The notes under the pieces are model-generated. The model saw nothing but the letters and a program-made list of their open reading frames with translations. It did no database searches and was not told the origin of the DNA. A stretch of DNA of 60,628 bases, the filler included, from a bacterium (lineage in GTDB: Bacteria > JAJRZV01), in the NCBI GenBank assembly GCA_024275095.1. It is 3 parts of 3 records of this genome, joined end to end, with 100 filler letters (N's around TTAATTAATTAA, not from the genome) between each part and the next. Parts side by side here need not be neighbours in the genome. Positions count along the whole stretch, not along the records: positions 28,175 to 42,574 come from JAJRZV010000026.1; positions 42,675 to 60,628 come from JAJRZV010000027.1; 1 more part is not named here. One strand, written 5' to 3'. The position numbers were made by a program, and so were the translations under genes. Below, piece after piece: positions 38,954-49,465 of this stretch. The first letter of the stretch is position 1. The number at the start of each line of letters is the position of its first letter.

Positions 38954-40282
38954 TTATCCTTTCAGTTTTTTGGTAAGATTTTCTATCAGCTCTCGAATAT
39001 CCGGATCGTTTTTTACAAGTTCCTTTATTTTGTTTACTGAATGTATAACAGTGGAATGGTCCTTTCCTCCGAAACGATGCCCAATATCCGGAAAAGAAGA
39101 ATGAAGGACCTCCCGGCAGAGATACATGGCGATCTGGCGCGGAAACGCAATGTGTTTTGTCCTTTTTTTTGATTTGATCTCATTCGCCCTGATATTAAAG
39201 TGACGAGCAACCGTGTTGATTACATCATCCTCCGTGAGTTTACGCCGTTGAGAGATAAATCCGGAGAGGGCTTCGTCGACAAGTTCTTTTGTGATGTCTC
39301 CTCCTTTCATAGAGGCATAGGCAAGTACCCGTACAAGGGCGCCTTCCAGCTTGCGTACGTTATCAGCATTGACCTGCTGGACAATGTAGTGTGCCAGTTC
39401 TTCATTGAGATAAAAATTCTCGAGAAGCGCCTTTTTGCGGATAATTGCAACTTTTGTCTCATATTCAGGCGGTTTTATGTCAACAATGAGTCCCTGTTCA
39501 AAACGATTTTTTAATCTCTCTTCTACTTCTGAAAGGTTCTGGGGATATTTATCACTGGTAAGAACGATTTGTTTTCTCGCATTAAAGAATATATTGAATA
39601 TATGAAAAAATTGGTCTTGTGTTCCAGGTTTGCCCTCAAGATAATGAATATCATCAACAAGTAAAACATCAAAAGAATTTCTGTAGAAATTTTGAAATTC
39701 CAGAATTTTGTTGGTGACCGACGCTCTTACAAAATCATTCATAAACTGGTCCGTTGTGATACTACACACCCGGAGGTTTGTACGGGACGAAATAATTTTG
39801 TTACCAATGGCATTAAGAAGATGGGTTTTGCCCAACCCGACTCCCCCGTAGATAAACAGGGGGTTATACCGGGTACCAGGGGATTCAGCAACCGCATTGG
39901 CTGCCGCGTAGGCGAATTCGTTGCTTTTTCCAACAACAAACGTGTCAAAGGTAAAGCGAAGGTCAAGCAGGCCAAACAACCGGCCGTTGCGGACCGGTAC
40001 CTTAGCCGTGTTTGGAGAAGGAACGACCCCCGTATCCTTCCACTCGTATTCCACCTTTATTGAATGTCCATAGAATTCTGCCAGGGTGCGCTCCAGAATA
40101 TCGGCATAATTTCGTTTAAACCACTTGAGGAAGTATTCGTCAGGCACGCGCATGCGCACCTTATCAGATTTGAAGGATACCGGTTCCAGTGGTTTGAACC
40201 AGGCCTCAAAGGCGTGTTTGTCATTGAGTTCTTCCTGTATGCGCAGGAGCACGTCGTCCCATGTGGCTTTTTTTTGTTTCAT
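38954..40282 (-). CDS. dnaA: Chromosomal replication initiator DnaA
   Basis: FDTFVVGKSN, YNPLFIYGGVGLGKTHL, LLVDDI and RQIAMYL...GGKDHSTV. Start set at ATG 40282. Confidence 0.98.
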   Translation of the reverse strand: MKQKKATWDDVLLRIQEELNDKHAFEAWFKPLEPVSFKSDKVRMRVPDEYFLKWFKRNYADILERTLAEFYGHSIKVEYEWKDTGVVPSPNTAKVPVRNGRLFGLLDLRFTFDTFVVGKSNEFAYAAANAVAESPGTRYNPLFIYGGVGLGKTHLLNAIGNKIISSRTNLRVCSITTDQFMNDFVRASVTNKILEFQNFYRNSFDVLLVDDIHYLEGKPGTQDQFFHIFNIFFNARKQIVLTSDKYPQNLSEVEERLKNRFEQGLIVDIKPPEYETKVAIIRKKALLENFYLNEELAHYIVQQVNADNVRKLEGALVRVLAYASMKGGDITKELVDEALSGFISQRRKLTEDDVINTVARHFNIRANEIKSKKRTKHIAFPRQIAMYLCREVLHSSFPDIGHRFGGKDHSTVIHSVNKIKELVKNDPDIRELIENLTKKLKG

Positions 40283-40283
40283 T

Positions 40284-40391
40284 TTTTCCACAGCATGTTG
40301 AAAAGTGTTACAAAGCAAATATTTTTATTTTTTAGGCACATAGAAGTTGGCTTCGCTACTTTTTGTGTTGTTTGTTCTACATTTTTCCACA
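40284..40391. promoter_or_regulatory. DnaA boxes upstream of dnaA (autoregulation or second half of a bipartite origin)
   Basis: TTTTCCACA 40284-92, inverted TGTTGAAAA 40296-304 and TTTTCCACA 40383-91. Confidence 0.7.
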
Positions 40392-40524
40392 TAATGCTTG
40401 TTTTTTCTGTGATGTTTTCCCCTCCTCTCCGGTGGGTGGTGTTCTATATTAGAAGCACCTGCTTCTGTGTGCAAGGAAAAAATCACCGCTGACATTGACA
40501 CTGTGGAGTAGTAGAATGAAGGGC

Positions 40525-42574
40525 ATGAAAAGGTTTAAACAGCTCGTCGTGTTGCTTTTGATCGTTGGATTGGCGGCGGTTGTAGGGGGTGGTTCCTACG
40601 CCGTGTATGTGCTCAGGGATATTCCTCCGGTGGACAGACTCATTTCTTTTCAACCCCAGGAGCTCAACAAAGTCACTGATTTCCAGGGAAATGTGCTGAC
40701 GTACAGAGGGAGTGTGAAAAGAATTTTTGTTTCACTTGACAGAATTCCTGAAATCGTTCAGCACGCATTTGTCGCGGCAGAGGATGCTGAGTTCTACAGT
40801 CACAGGGGCATTAATCTGAGGGGTGTGGTTAGAGCTCTGATCAAGGACATTATGACGGGAACATTCCGGCAGGGAGGAAGTTCAATTACCCAACAACTCG
40901 CGCGCACGCTACTTCTCTCCCGCGAGCGCACCATTGTCCGAAAGATCAAAGAGGTTTATCTTGCATATCAATTGGAGAAATACCTTACAAAGGACAGAAT
41001 CTTAGAACTTTATCTCAATCAGATTTACCTTGGAGAGGGTGCCTACGGAGTCGAGGCCGCGAGCCTTACCTATTTTGGAAAAAGTATAACGGAAGTGACA
41101 TTGCCGGAAGCCGCACTTCTCGCCGCACTTCCGAAGGCTCCCAGTTATTATTCTCCTTACAGACATCCCAAGGAGGCCATGAGACGACGGGCTTATGTGC
41201 TGAAACGCTTGAAAGAAGAAAAATACATCACGGAGGAAGAGTACAGAGAAGCCCTTGCTTCCCCTCTTGTGTTGAAGAGAAGATGGCCCACACTACGTTG
41301 CAACGCTGAATATTTTGTTGACGTGGTTTTGAAAAAGATCAGGGCGGTTATCTCTGAAGAACGCTGGAGGAGGGGAGGGCTGGTGATACCGACAACCCTG
41401 GATATGGGAATCCAGTGTGCTGCTTCTCGAGCTCTTAAAAAGGGCCTGGTGGAGTTCAGCCTCAGGCAGGAATACCGGTATCCTTACGTGAGCCTTCCCG
41501 AGAACCTGTGGAATGAATTTGTGGCTTTTGCAGCGAAGAGGGAATTGTATTCTTCCCCGCCCACACGTGTAATCACCCCTCAGGGAGAGGTAAGGTTTGC
41601 CGCGCCGGTCAGTCATTTTGGACGTATCGCAGATGTGTACACGGGTGTTGTTACCGGGGTGATTCAAAATGATGAGAAAAGGGTTCTATGGGTGAACGTG
41701 GGAGGGCATCCAATAAAATTCACGCCGGATGACCTGGCATTTTCTCTTGATGTCTCTGGTTTTGATAAGACACTTTTTGAGAGCGTGGAAGCCGGCGACA
41801 TTCTCTTTGTTGCTGTCGGTGAGGACATGAAGTTCCATCCGCGGTTCTATGTGTATCTTGAGCCCTATGCAGAAGGTGCAGTGATGGTAATGGAAAATGC
41901 AAGCGGTGCCGTGCGTGCGGTTGTCGGAGGTTTTGACTACCGGCGTTCTGCTTTTAACAGGGCGGTAGATGCACTGCGTCAGACAGGCTCGGCATTTAAA
42001 CCCGTGGTTTATACAACAGCACTGGAGGAGGGCTTTACACCATCCACGCCTGTTCCCGACGCGCCACTGGTGTTTAGAGACGTTCAAAAAGATGAAACGT
42101 GGAAACCGAAAAATTACGAGGAGCGTTTTGAAGGAGTGGTTCCCTTGCGTACAGCACTGGCAAAATCCATCAACAGCGTGTCCGTGTACATTGCCTCTCG
42201 TGTGGGAGTGGACAAGATCATTCGTACTGCACGGAGACTGGGTATTCGTTCTCCATTGAACAATGACCTTTCCATGTCCTTGGGTTCCTCGAGTTTGACA
42301 CTTGAGGAGATGACGGCTGTGTTTTCTGTGTTTCCCAATCTCGGGCTAAAAAGGCCCTTGCAGTATATTCAAAAAGGTTTTTATCACACTGCCGGTCTTT
42401 CAGCAGAGGTAAATGCCGAACAGAAAGATGAAACCAAAAAAGTGCTTGACCCCGCTGTAGCCTACGTAATGGCCTCCATGCTTCGAAATGTAATTACCGA
42501 GGGCACTGGCTGGAGGGCAAGGGTACTTCACTTCGAGGTTGGAGGCAAAACCGGGACGACCGATGAACAGCGAG
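40525..42574 (+). CDS. mrcA: Penicillin-binding protein 1A (transglycosylase/transpeptidase), 3' truncated by the gap
   Basis: AEDAEFYSHRG, QGGSSITQQL, RKIKE, YLNQIYLG, RQTGSAFKP, S.N and GKTGTT. Confidence 0.93.
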
Positions 42575-42674
42575 NNNNNNNNNNNNNNNNNNNNNNNNNN
42601 NNNNNNNNNNNNNNNNNNTTAATTAATTAANNNNNNNNNNNNNNNNNNNNNNNNNNNNNNNNNNNNNNNNNNNN
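42575..42674. other. Artificial contig spacer
   Basis: N44-TTAATTAATTAA-N44. Confidence 0.98.
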
Positions 42675-42675
42675 A

Positions 42676-43995
42676 TCAGGTGCTACTTATTTTACAGGTG
42701 TTATTGAAAGTCCATTTATTATCTTATTCTTCTATGTTCTTATATTTTCGCCGTTCTTTCTCAGCAAACGAAAAATATTTCTTGTCGTTTCATTTTCCAT
42801 CATCGGTCTGGGACTAGTTGTAGACCTCACCCTCTACGGATGGATACCCCAAATACCGGGAATTAGGTCTCATCCTTCGTATGTATTCCCCAGGCTGATT
42901 TCATACCTGTTCTCGTTTGTCGTGGTGACGATTCTCAGCTCTGTACTCGCGGAGCAAATGAAGCGTGCGACCACAGAGCTGGAGAAAACAAAAGTTCGCA
43001 TAAAAGATTATCTTGGATTTTTCAGAAATGTGCTCGATGGTACACCTTCCGGTGTAATTGTTGCTTCCGAGAGCGGGTACCTCTTATTCTCGAACAAGTC
43101 TGCTTCTGAAATTCTTGAAGTTGACCTTAAAGAGGGCGATTTTCTGCTCGACAAGGTGCCCCAATTTTTTCAAACCGTAATAACCCGAATAGGAAGCAAA
43201 CGCGAGGAAATGGAAACGGAGATATCGGGTAAATTTAAGGTTCTGGGTTTCAGTGTCAGTCCCGTGGTATTCGAAGGCACGGAGGCATTGGTAATAGTGT
43301 TCCAAGACCTCACGGAAGTCAAAGCAAGAGAAGAAGAAATGAAACTCAGAGAATGGTCCGCCCAGTTAGGAGAATTTGCAGGCTCAATCGCCCATGAGAT
43401 AAGAAATCCCCTGGCAACCATCAGTGGGGTGCTTGAGTACCTCCAAAATCATATAGAAAAAGAAAAAAGAAAGGAGGAAGCCCGCCTCGTTCAGCAAGCT
43501 TCCCAGGAGGCAGAAAGGATAAAAAAGCTCATTTCAAATTTTATGTACTTTGCAAGACCTCCCGGAGAAAAGGAAGAAGTGAATCTCAATGCACTGCTGA
43601 AGTCACTTGTGGAAGAGTTTAAGAATTTTTTCGGCGTACAAATTGATTATTCCGGACTGGATATAAATGGATATATTTATCGAGAACCATTCAGGCATAT
43701 GATTTTCAATCTTCTTCATAATGCCGTAAAATTCTCCGAAGGCAGGGATGTAAAACTTCGTCTTGCAAAGGAAGGTGAATGCGTGAAAATCATTGTCAGT
43801 GATAAGGGCCCCGGCATTTTGCCTCAGGAAAAAGAACGGATTTTTATGCCATTTTATACCACAGATAGAAAGGGCACGGGCCTGGGATTGGCCATTGTAA
43901 AAAAGGTGGTGGAGATGCATTCAGGAAATATTGTGGTAAAATCTGAAAAGGGCAAGGGAACAAGTTTTGAGATTACCCTGCCGCTTAAAAAGTGA
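42676..43995 (+). CDS. pilS: PilS-type membrane sensor histidine kinase, 5' truncated by the gap
   Basis: Frame is open from the contig edge (YFTGVIESPFIILF, TM helices), then PAS, AHEIRNPL, NAVK and GTGLGL. Upstream of pilR and the pilins. Confidence 0.82.
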   Translation, partial: SGATYFTGVIESPFIILFFYVLIFSPFFLSKRKIFLVVSFSIIGLGLVVDLTLYGWIPQIPGIRSHPSYVFPRLISYLFSFVVVTILSSVLAEQMKRATTELEKTKVRIKDYLGFFRNVLDGTPSGVIVASESGYLLFSNKSASEILEVDLKEGDFLLDKVPQFFQTVITRIGSKREEMETEISGKFKVLGFSVSPVVFEGTEALVIVFQDLTEVKAREEEMKLREWSAQLGEFAGSIAHEIRNPLATISGVLEYLQNHIEKEKRKEEARLVQQASQEAERIKKLISNFMYFARPPGEKEEVNLNALLKSLVEEFKNFFGVQIDYSGLDINGYIYREPFRHMIFNLLHNAVKFSEGRDVKLRLAKEGECVKIIVSDKGPGILPQEKERIFMPFYTTDRKGTGLGLAIVKKVVEMHSGNIVVKSEKGKGTSFEITLPLKK

Positions 43996-44020
43996 TAATA
44001 CCACGGGGTAAACCTTAAAA

Positions 44021-45436
44021 ATGGGCAACAGCAATACCATTCTTATTGTAGACGATGAAAAAGGACTGAGAGAGCTCCTTGCCGTTGTTTTTTCGGAAAA
44101 AGGATATAAGGTTATTGAGGCGACAGAGGTGGGAGAAGCACTTTATTTTGTTGAAGAACGTTCTCCGGATGTGATACTTCTGGATTACAGGCTTGGCGAC
44201 TCGGATGGGCTGGAGATGCTGAGGGTACTCAAGGAAAAAAATATTGATGTGCCGGTGATATTTATGACCGCTTACGGCACGGAAGATATCGCACTGAAGG
44301 CGTTGAGCATGGGGGCATATAACTACGTGGAAAAACCCTTTCGCATGGAAGAGATGAAGATTTTCGTTGAGCGAGCTCTTGAACGCCAGAGGTTGAAAAA
44401 GACGCTTAAACAACTCGAATGCGAGGGAGAAGAAACTTTCAACTTTTACGGAATCGTGGGAAAAAGCAGAAAGCTTAGGAATATTTTAGAGCTCATAAAG
44501 AAGATCGGACCTTCACGTTCCACGGTCCTTCTTACCGGTGAAAGCGGTACCGGCAAAGAGATGGTAGCCCGTGCAATTCACGCGGTGAGTACAAGAAGTG
44601 ACGGTGCATTTGTTGCCGTGAACTGTGGGGCCATACCTGAGAACCTCATGGAAAGTGAACTTTTCGGTCACAAGAAAGGTGCCTTTACAGGGGCGGTGCA
44701 GGATGCAGAGGGACTTTTCAAGGCCGCCAGCGGAGGCACTATTTTTCTCGATGAGATAACGGAGATTCCTCTTCACCTTCAGGTAAAGCTTCTCAGGGCC
44801 ATTGAGACCAAAACCATCCGGCCCCTCGGCAGCACAAAGGATGAAATTATAGATGTTCGGATAATATGTGCTACCAATAAGGATATAGAGGAAGAGGTGG
44901 CTGCAGGGCGTTTCAGGGAAGATTTGTATTACCGTATCAATGTAATCCGGATTCACATGCCGCCGTTAAGGGAGCGACGAGAAGATATCGCCGTGCTCCT
45001 GGAGCATTTCCTGAAAAAATATTCAAATGAATTCGGCAAGCGCATCAAGCGTTTTTCTCATGCCGCCCTGGATATTCTCGTGAATTACCATTTCCCGGGT
45101 AACGTAAGAGAACTCGATAATATTGTCGAGCGCGCCGTGGCTGTCGCCAGGTACGATGTTATTCTTCCCGAGGATCTCCCAGAGAATGTCATATCATCCA
45201 GGAATGATCCAGGGGTTCAATCACACTCTGAAATTCCAGGAGAATTGCCGGAAGAAGGACTCGACCTGGAAAAGCTGATACAATCCCTGGAGAAGAAGTT
45301 TTTGCTTCTCGCCCTTGAAAAAGCAGGCTGGAACAAAACAAAAGCGGCAGAATACCTGAAGATGAAGGTAAGATCTTTCAGGTATCTGTGTGAAAAATAT
45401 GGAATAATGGACAAACATCTGAGGGGGCAGAGATGA
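44021..45436 (+). CDS. pilR: Sigma54-dependent response regulator PilR
   Basis: REC domain, [30 protein letters not shown] and HTH; adjacent to pilin genes. Confidence 0.88.
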   Translation: MGNSNTILIVDDEKGLRELLAVVFSEKGYKVIEATEVGEALYFVEERSPDVILLDYRLGDSDGLEMLRVLKEKNIDVPVIFMTAYGTEDIALKALSMGAYNYVEKPFRMEEMKIFVERALERQRLKKTLKQLECEGEETFNFYGIVGKSRKLRNILELIKKIGPSRSTVLLTGESGTGKEMVARAIHAVSTRSDGAFVAVNCGAIPENLMESELFGHKKGAFTGAVQDAEGLFKAASGGTIFLDEITEIPLHLQVKLLRAIETKTIRPLGSTKDEIIDVRIICATNKDIEEEVAAGRFREDLYYRINVIRIHMPPLRERREDIAVLLEHFLKKYSNEFGKRIKRFSHAALDILVNYHFPGNVRELDNIVERAVAVARYDVILPEDLPENVISSRNDPGVQSHSEIPGELPEEGLDLEKLIQSLEKKFLLLALEKAGWNKTKAAEYLKMKVRSFRYLCEKYGIMDKHLRGQR

Positions 45437-46047
45437 AGTTAACCAGTATGAAGTCTGGTAAGGGATTTACCCTTATAGAACTGATGATTGTTATTGCGGT
45501 CCTGGGAATTCTGGCAGCCATAGCCCTTCCAATGTACAGAAATTTTCAACTCAGAAGCAAATTTTCAGAAGCCGTTCCCAACCTTGACGGTATCAGGAAG
45601 GGCGAGATGGCATTTGTGTCCAGATACAGGGTACTTGTCCAGGCATCCCTGGAACCGCGTGATTTTTCCCAGCTTGACCCGACCAAGGCCCCGTGGACGG
45701 TAGACTGTACGGGCGCTGGAGGGAATGCGGGCTGGTGCCTGCTGGGGTGGGTGCCCGCTGGTGCACTTTACTTTACCTACCTGGCCTCGGATGACACCGC
45801 CAATATTACACCCACAACATCTTTCTGTCAGCCTCCACAAAATGAAACCGTTCTCGTAAATTACGATGAGAACTCAGGGAATTTTGTTTTTTCAAATGCG
45901 ATTCCTGACACCAGCGGCCAGGATGATATTTGCATGCAGGGATGTGCAGACATTGACGGCAACGGAAGCATGGCATGCTACAAAAGAGGAGATCTGACCG
46001 TGGAGCTGGTTCCTTACCCTTCAGCCGCGGGCACGTCAGAGTTTTAG
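45433..46047 (+). CDS. Type IV pilin paralog, coupled to pilR
   Basis: [24 protein letters not shown] prepilin motif; ATGA overlap with the pilR stop. Confidence 0.9.
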   Translation: MKLTSMKSGKGFTLIELMIVIAVLGILAAIALPMYRNFQLRSKFSEAVPNLDGIRKGEMAFVSRYRVLVQASLEPRDFSQLDPTKAPWTVDCTGAGGNAGWCLLGWVPAGALYFTYLASDDTANITPTTSFCQPPQNETVLVNYDENSGNFVFSNAIPDTSGQDDICMQGCADIDGNGSMACYKRGDLTVELVPYPSAAGTSEF

Positions 46048-46050
46048 AAG

Positions 46051-46107
46051 TGACAAATTCTGTCATTCATACCAAAAAATGTCATCAGGGCTGTGATGTT
46101 TGTCACA
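46051..46107 (+). promoter_or_regulatory. Upstream activator region: phased TGTCA repeats (putative PilR sites) and a CRP-like box
   Basis: TGACA-N5-TGTCA at 46051-65; TGTCA at 46061, 46080 and 46101; TGTGA-N6-TCACA at 46092-46107. Confidence 0.6.
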
Positions 46108-46156
46108 GAAGTGCTTATTTGTTGGTCACTTGGCAGCACGTGCACGGAGTTTTTTA

Positions 46157-46172
46157 TGGCATGAATATTGAT
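46157..46172 (+). promoter_or_regulatory. Sigma54 -24/-12 promoter of pilA
   Basis: TGGCAT-GAATA-TTGAT with correct spacing; GA instead of GC at -12. Confidence 0.7.
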
Positions 46173-46211
46173 AGAAAATATTAACAAAATCTTTTAATAG
46201 GAGGTGAGGTA

Positions 46212-46859
46212 ATGTTTAAAAAGATGAGAGAGGCGATTCAGGTGAGGGGGGAGAGGGGTTTTACCCTCATCGAGCTCATGATCGTGATTGCAATTATCGC
46301 GATCTTGGCAGCCATTGCCATCCCCATGTACAGAAAGTTCCAGCTGAGAGCAAAATATGGTGAAGCATCCACGAACCTCAACGCTATTGCGAAAGCAGAG
46401 AGTGCATTCGAGGGGCGCTACGGCCAGTTTATCGAGTGTTACCCCAACCCGGCTGCTGTACCGGGCAACCAGAGGAGCGCCTTTGATACCACATGCAGTA
46501 CAGACGGTACAGCTGGGGGCGGCTTCTGTACCCTGGGATGGGTGCCTGAAGGTGCAGTGTTCTTCCAGTACCTCGTTTCTGCAGATGCAGGTGGTACCCT
46601 CACAGCCGACACGGGAACAGTTGGCGCAGGGGTCACGTGCAACACACCTGCTGCTGACGGCGATTTGAGCAACTTTGATGCCACCACCGGTACCTACACC
46701 ATTACCAACGGGGTTGACGACGTTGACGGCCAGAACGACATCTGCATACAGGGTGCTGCTGACATAGACGGTGACGGGGTTGTTACGTACCAGAAAAGGG
46801 GTGACCAGATCACAGAGATCGTACCCTCGCCGCCGGACGCAGGACTCAACTCCTTCTGA
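46212..46859 (+). CDS. pilA: Type IV major pilin
   Basis: [24 protein letters not shown]; strong AGGAGGTGAGG RBS, own sigma54 promoter and terminator; DIDGDG motif. Confidence 0.9.
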   Translation: MFKKMREAIQVRGERGFTLIELMIVIAIIAILAAIAIPMYRKFQLRAKYGEASTNLNAIAKAESAFEGRYGQFIECYPNPAAVPGNQRSAFDTTCSTDGTAGGGFCTLGWVPEGAVFFQYLVSADAGGTLTADTGTVGAGVTCNTPAADGDLSNFDATTGTYTITNGVDDVDGQNDICIQGAADIDGDGVVTYQKRGDQITEIVPSPPDAGLNSF

Positions 46860-46908
46860 TGTAAGCGTTCGGGACGGCTGAAAAAGAAGTCCAAGTTTGT
46901 AGACCTGC

Positions 46909-46947
46909 AAGAGGCCCCGTTCCTTGGAAAGGACGGGGCCTTCTTTT
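46909..46947 (+). terminator. Rho-independent terminator after pilA
   Basis: AGGCCCCGT(T)CCTT-GGA-AAGGACGGGGCCT hairpin followed by TCTTTT. Confidence 0.8.
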
Positions 46948-46965
46948 AAAGAGAGAGGCGGCGAA

Positions 46966-47829
46966 ATGATCACGATTACAGGGGTAAGAAAAAAATATCG
47001 ATCAGGACGCAAAAAAATCGAGGCTTTGAAAGGCGTTTCACTTACTGTTAAAAAAGGTGAGGTTTTCGGGCTTGTGGGGCCCAACGGGGCAGGTAAAACC
47101 ACATTGATAAAATGTTTGCTGGGTCTTACCGAATTTGAGAAAGGGAAAATTCAAATAGGTGAACTGGACCATAAAGAAACCAGGGCAAAAACAATAACAG
47201 GGTATCTGCCGGAAGAAGCACGCGTTTACACAAACCTCACCGGCAGGGAAAATCTCCTTCTTTTTGCATCTCTTCTTAAAATGGATGCAAACAAATCACG
47301 CAAAAGAACTGCTGAACTTCTGGAATTTGTCGGGTTGAAGGAAGCAGGTGACTCTCTCGTGAGAACATACTCCAAGGGTATGATGCAGCGTATTTCCCTC
47401 GCGCAGGCACTTCTTAACGATCCAGAGATCGTGATACTTGACGAACCGATGTCAGGGCTCGATCCGCTGGGACGTATCATGATGATCGATCTCATCAAGA
47501 AGATGAAACAGGAAGGCAAAACCATTCTCATGAGTACCCACATCATCCCGGATGTAGAAGCAGTATGTGACCGTTTTGCTTTAATTCACAAAGGAAAGGT
47601 CATTTTCGAAGGTGGTGTCGCGGAGGTAATAAAAAGGCATGCCGAGCATTACGTGGTGAAATTCTTGAAAGAGGACTCTGGCCTGGAGGAAGTAAACGTA
47701 AAGGCAGAAGAAATGTGGGAGTTGTTTGAAGAAGGGCGTGCAGAAGGATGGAAGGTTATTTCTGTTCTTCCCGGCAGGGGAGGACTCCAGGAGTTGTTCA
47801 AGAATATCATAGAGGAGCACGAGCAATGA
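46966..47829 (+). CDS. ABC transporter ATP-binding protein (pilin-associated, PilH/XapD-like)
   Basis: GPNGAGKTT, YSKGMMQR and LDEPMSGLDPLGR. Confidence 0.9.
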   Translation: MITITGVRKKYRSGRKKIEALKGVSLTVKKGEVFGLVGPNGAGKTTLIKCLLGLTEFEKGKIQIGELDHKETRAKTITGYLPEEARVYTNLTGRENLLLFASLLKMDANKSRKRTAELLEFVGLKEAGDSLVRTYSKGMMQRISLAQALLNDPEIVILDEPMSGLDPLGRIMMIDLIKKMKQEGKTILMSTHIIPDVEAVCDRFALIHKGKVIFEGGVAEVIKRHAEHYVVKFLKEDSGLEEVNVKAEEMWELFEEGRAEGWKVISVLPGRGGLQELFKNIIEEHEQ

Positions 47830-48599
47830 ACGCAGTGCTCGCGTTTATAAAACTTTCTCTACTTGAGGCACGACGTGACAGACTTTACCTCGGCCTCGTC
47901 GCCTTTGCGTTCCTGTTTGTTGCCCTTGCCCTTCTCCTGGGCATGAGTCCCTGGGGTCACATTGAAGAGGTGATGCTTCACCTTGGATTTGCAGGAGTCT
48001 CTGTATTTACACTCATCTACGCGGTGTTTATGAACGTGAACAACCTGCACCGAGACCTTCAATCAAGGGTTCTGTATACAGTGTTTTCTCGGCCCGTACA
48101 GAGATGGCATTATTTGCTGGGACGTTTTATAGGGACCGCATTGAACGTAATAATTCTGGCGCTTGTCCTTTCTTTTATAATAATTCTATCCACCTGGTAC
48201 TTCGGTTACTCGGGGAATATTCGATGGGAAGCCCTGGCACTGGGGTATCGAGCAGCCATCCAGGCGCTGGTGTCAGGCGCGTTTGCCCTTGTTTTTGCAA
48301 CATTTATGTCCACTGGTATATCCATCATCCTTGCATTTATGATGCATTTTATATGCGCAAACGTCAGTATATTTAACCTTCTGATTAAATCTTCCAAGTA
48401 TCCTGGATGGACGAAGGTGCTGTTCAAGATTATTTATTACGTGGTCCCGGATTTCAGGTACATGAATATCATAGATCCCGTAATTCACCAGCGGGTGATT
48501 AACTGGGAATTACTGGGTACGTCCAGCATTGTATATATCTGCTACATAATAGTTCTACTAATTATGGCATTTGCTGTTTTTCAAACACGTGAACTATGA
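47826..48599 (+). CDS. ABC-2 type permease (pilin-associated, PilI-like)
   Basis: Six TM helices, 'LYTVFSRPVQRWHYLLGRF', C-terminal FQTREL; ATGA coupling. Confidence 0.82.
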   Translation: MNAVLAFIKLSLLEARRDRLYLGLVAFAFLFVALALLLGMSPWGHIEEVMLHLGFAGVSVFTLIYAVFMNVNNLHRDLQSRVLYTVFSRPVQRWHYLLGRFIGTALNVIILALVLSFIIILSTWYFGYSGNIRWEALALGYRAAIQALVSGAFALVFATFMSTGISIILAFMMHFICANVSIFNLLIKSSKYPGWTKVLFKIIYYVVPDFRYMNIIDPVIHQRVINWELLGTSSIVYICYIIVLLIMAFAVFQTREL

Positions 48600-49432
48600 A
48601 GAAACATCGCAAGTGTATTGCATTGGTCTTCGCAGCTTTTGTGATTTCCACGGGTTTGAGGATTGGTATTTATAAAGGGATATTGAGTAAAGAAGTCCAA
48701 AACCGCCTGTTTCTCCCACCACCGACACCTTCACCGAAAGTACTGCGCTTTCTCTCGCTGGGCGATGACGGAGCAGTGGCCATGAGCACGTGGTTGCATT
48801 TGCTCCCTTATCTGGGAGAGCTGTTTCTGGAGAAAAAAGAAGCTCTCATTGATTGGAACTTTTTTGCCAGTTCGTTGAGCACGGTTATTGCGCTTGATGA
48901 ACTGTTTTACGATGCGTACCTGGTCAGCGCGAATCTTCTTGCACAAAATATAAGGTACCTTGATTTGAGTTTGAAGTTGACCGCCAAAGGGGTTGAAGTA
49001 CTCAGAAAAAGGTGGGACCTCGCTTTTTTTCAGGCATTTAACTACTACTATTACAAGCGCGATGAAGACATGGCTCTTAAATATTACAGAATTGCTTCGC
49101 AGCGACCACGATGTCCTTCTTACGTGAGGGATTGGGCTGCTGCGCTTCTTATCAAAAAAGGAAAGTATGAAGAGGCTGTTAAAATCCTGGAGAAGGCCAT
49201 TGATGAGGCATCCGTTCACGGGCCTTTTAAGGAAATGTTCAAAGTTCAAATTAAAAATTTAAAAAATCTTATACTCATGGAAAAAGCCCTTGATGCTTAT
49301 AAAAAGCGTTACGGTCATCTACCTGAATCATTAAGCGAACTTGTCGAAAAAGGATTTCTTGCGGCAATTCCCAAACACCCCACAAGGGGACAGTACAGGC
49401 TGGACCCTCAAACCGGAAGAATCCTGTATTAA
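48596..49432 (+). CDS. Membrane-anchored TPR protein (PilG/XapA-like)
   Basis: N-terminal TM, LR.LSLG, TPR-like helices and C-terminal Y....G.LP.SL.ELV..GFL..IP. Confidence 0.7.
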   Translation: MKKHRKCIALVFAAFVISTGLRIGIYKGILSKEVQNRLFLPPPTPSPKVLRFLSLGDDGAVAMSTWLHLLPYLGELFLEKKEALIDWNFFASSLSTVIALDELFYDAYLVSANLLAQNIRYLDLSLKLTAKGVEVLRKRWDLAFFQAFNYYYYKRDEDMALKYYRIASQRPRCPSYVRDWAAALLIKKGKYEEAVKILEKAIDEASVHGPFKEMFKVQIKNLKNLILMEKALDAYKKRYGHLPESLSELVEKGFLAAIPKHPTRGQYRLDPQTGRILY

Positions 49433-49465
49433 GTTTAAGCCTTCACTTGATCTAATAACCCGGTT

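Noticed and set aside
46194..47102. 302-aa antisense ORF, and other long shadow ORFs such as 33212-33853, 36596-37333 and 52245-53000
   Set aside because: Antisense to well-supported genes; typical codon-bias shadows.
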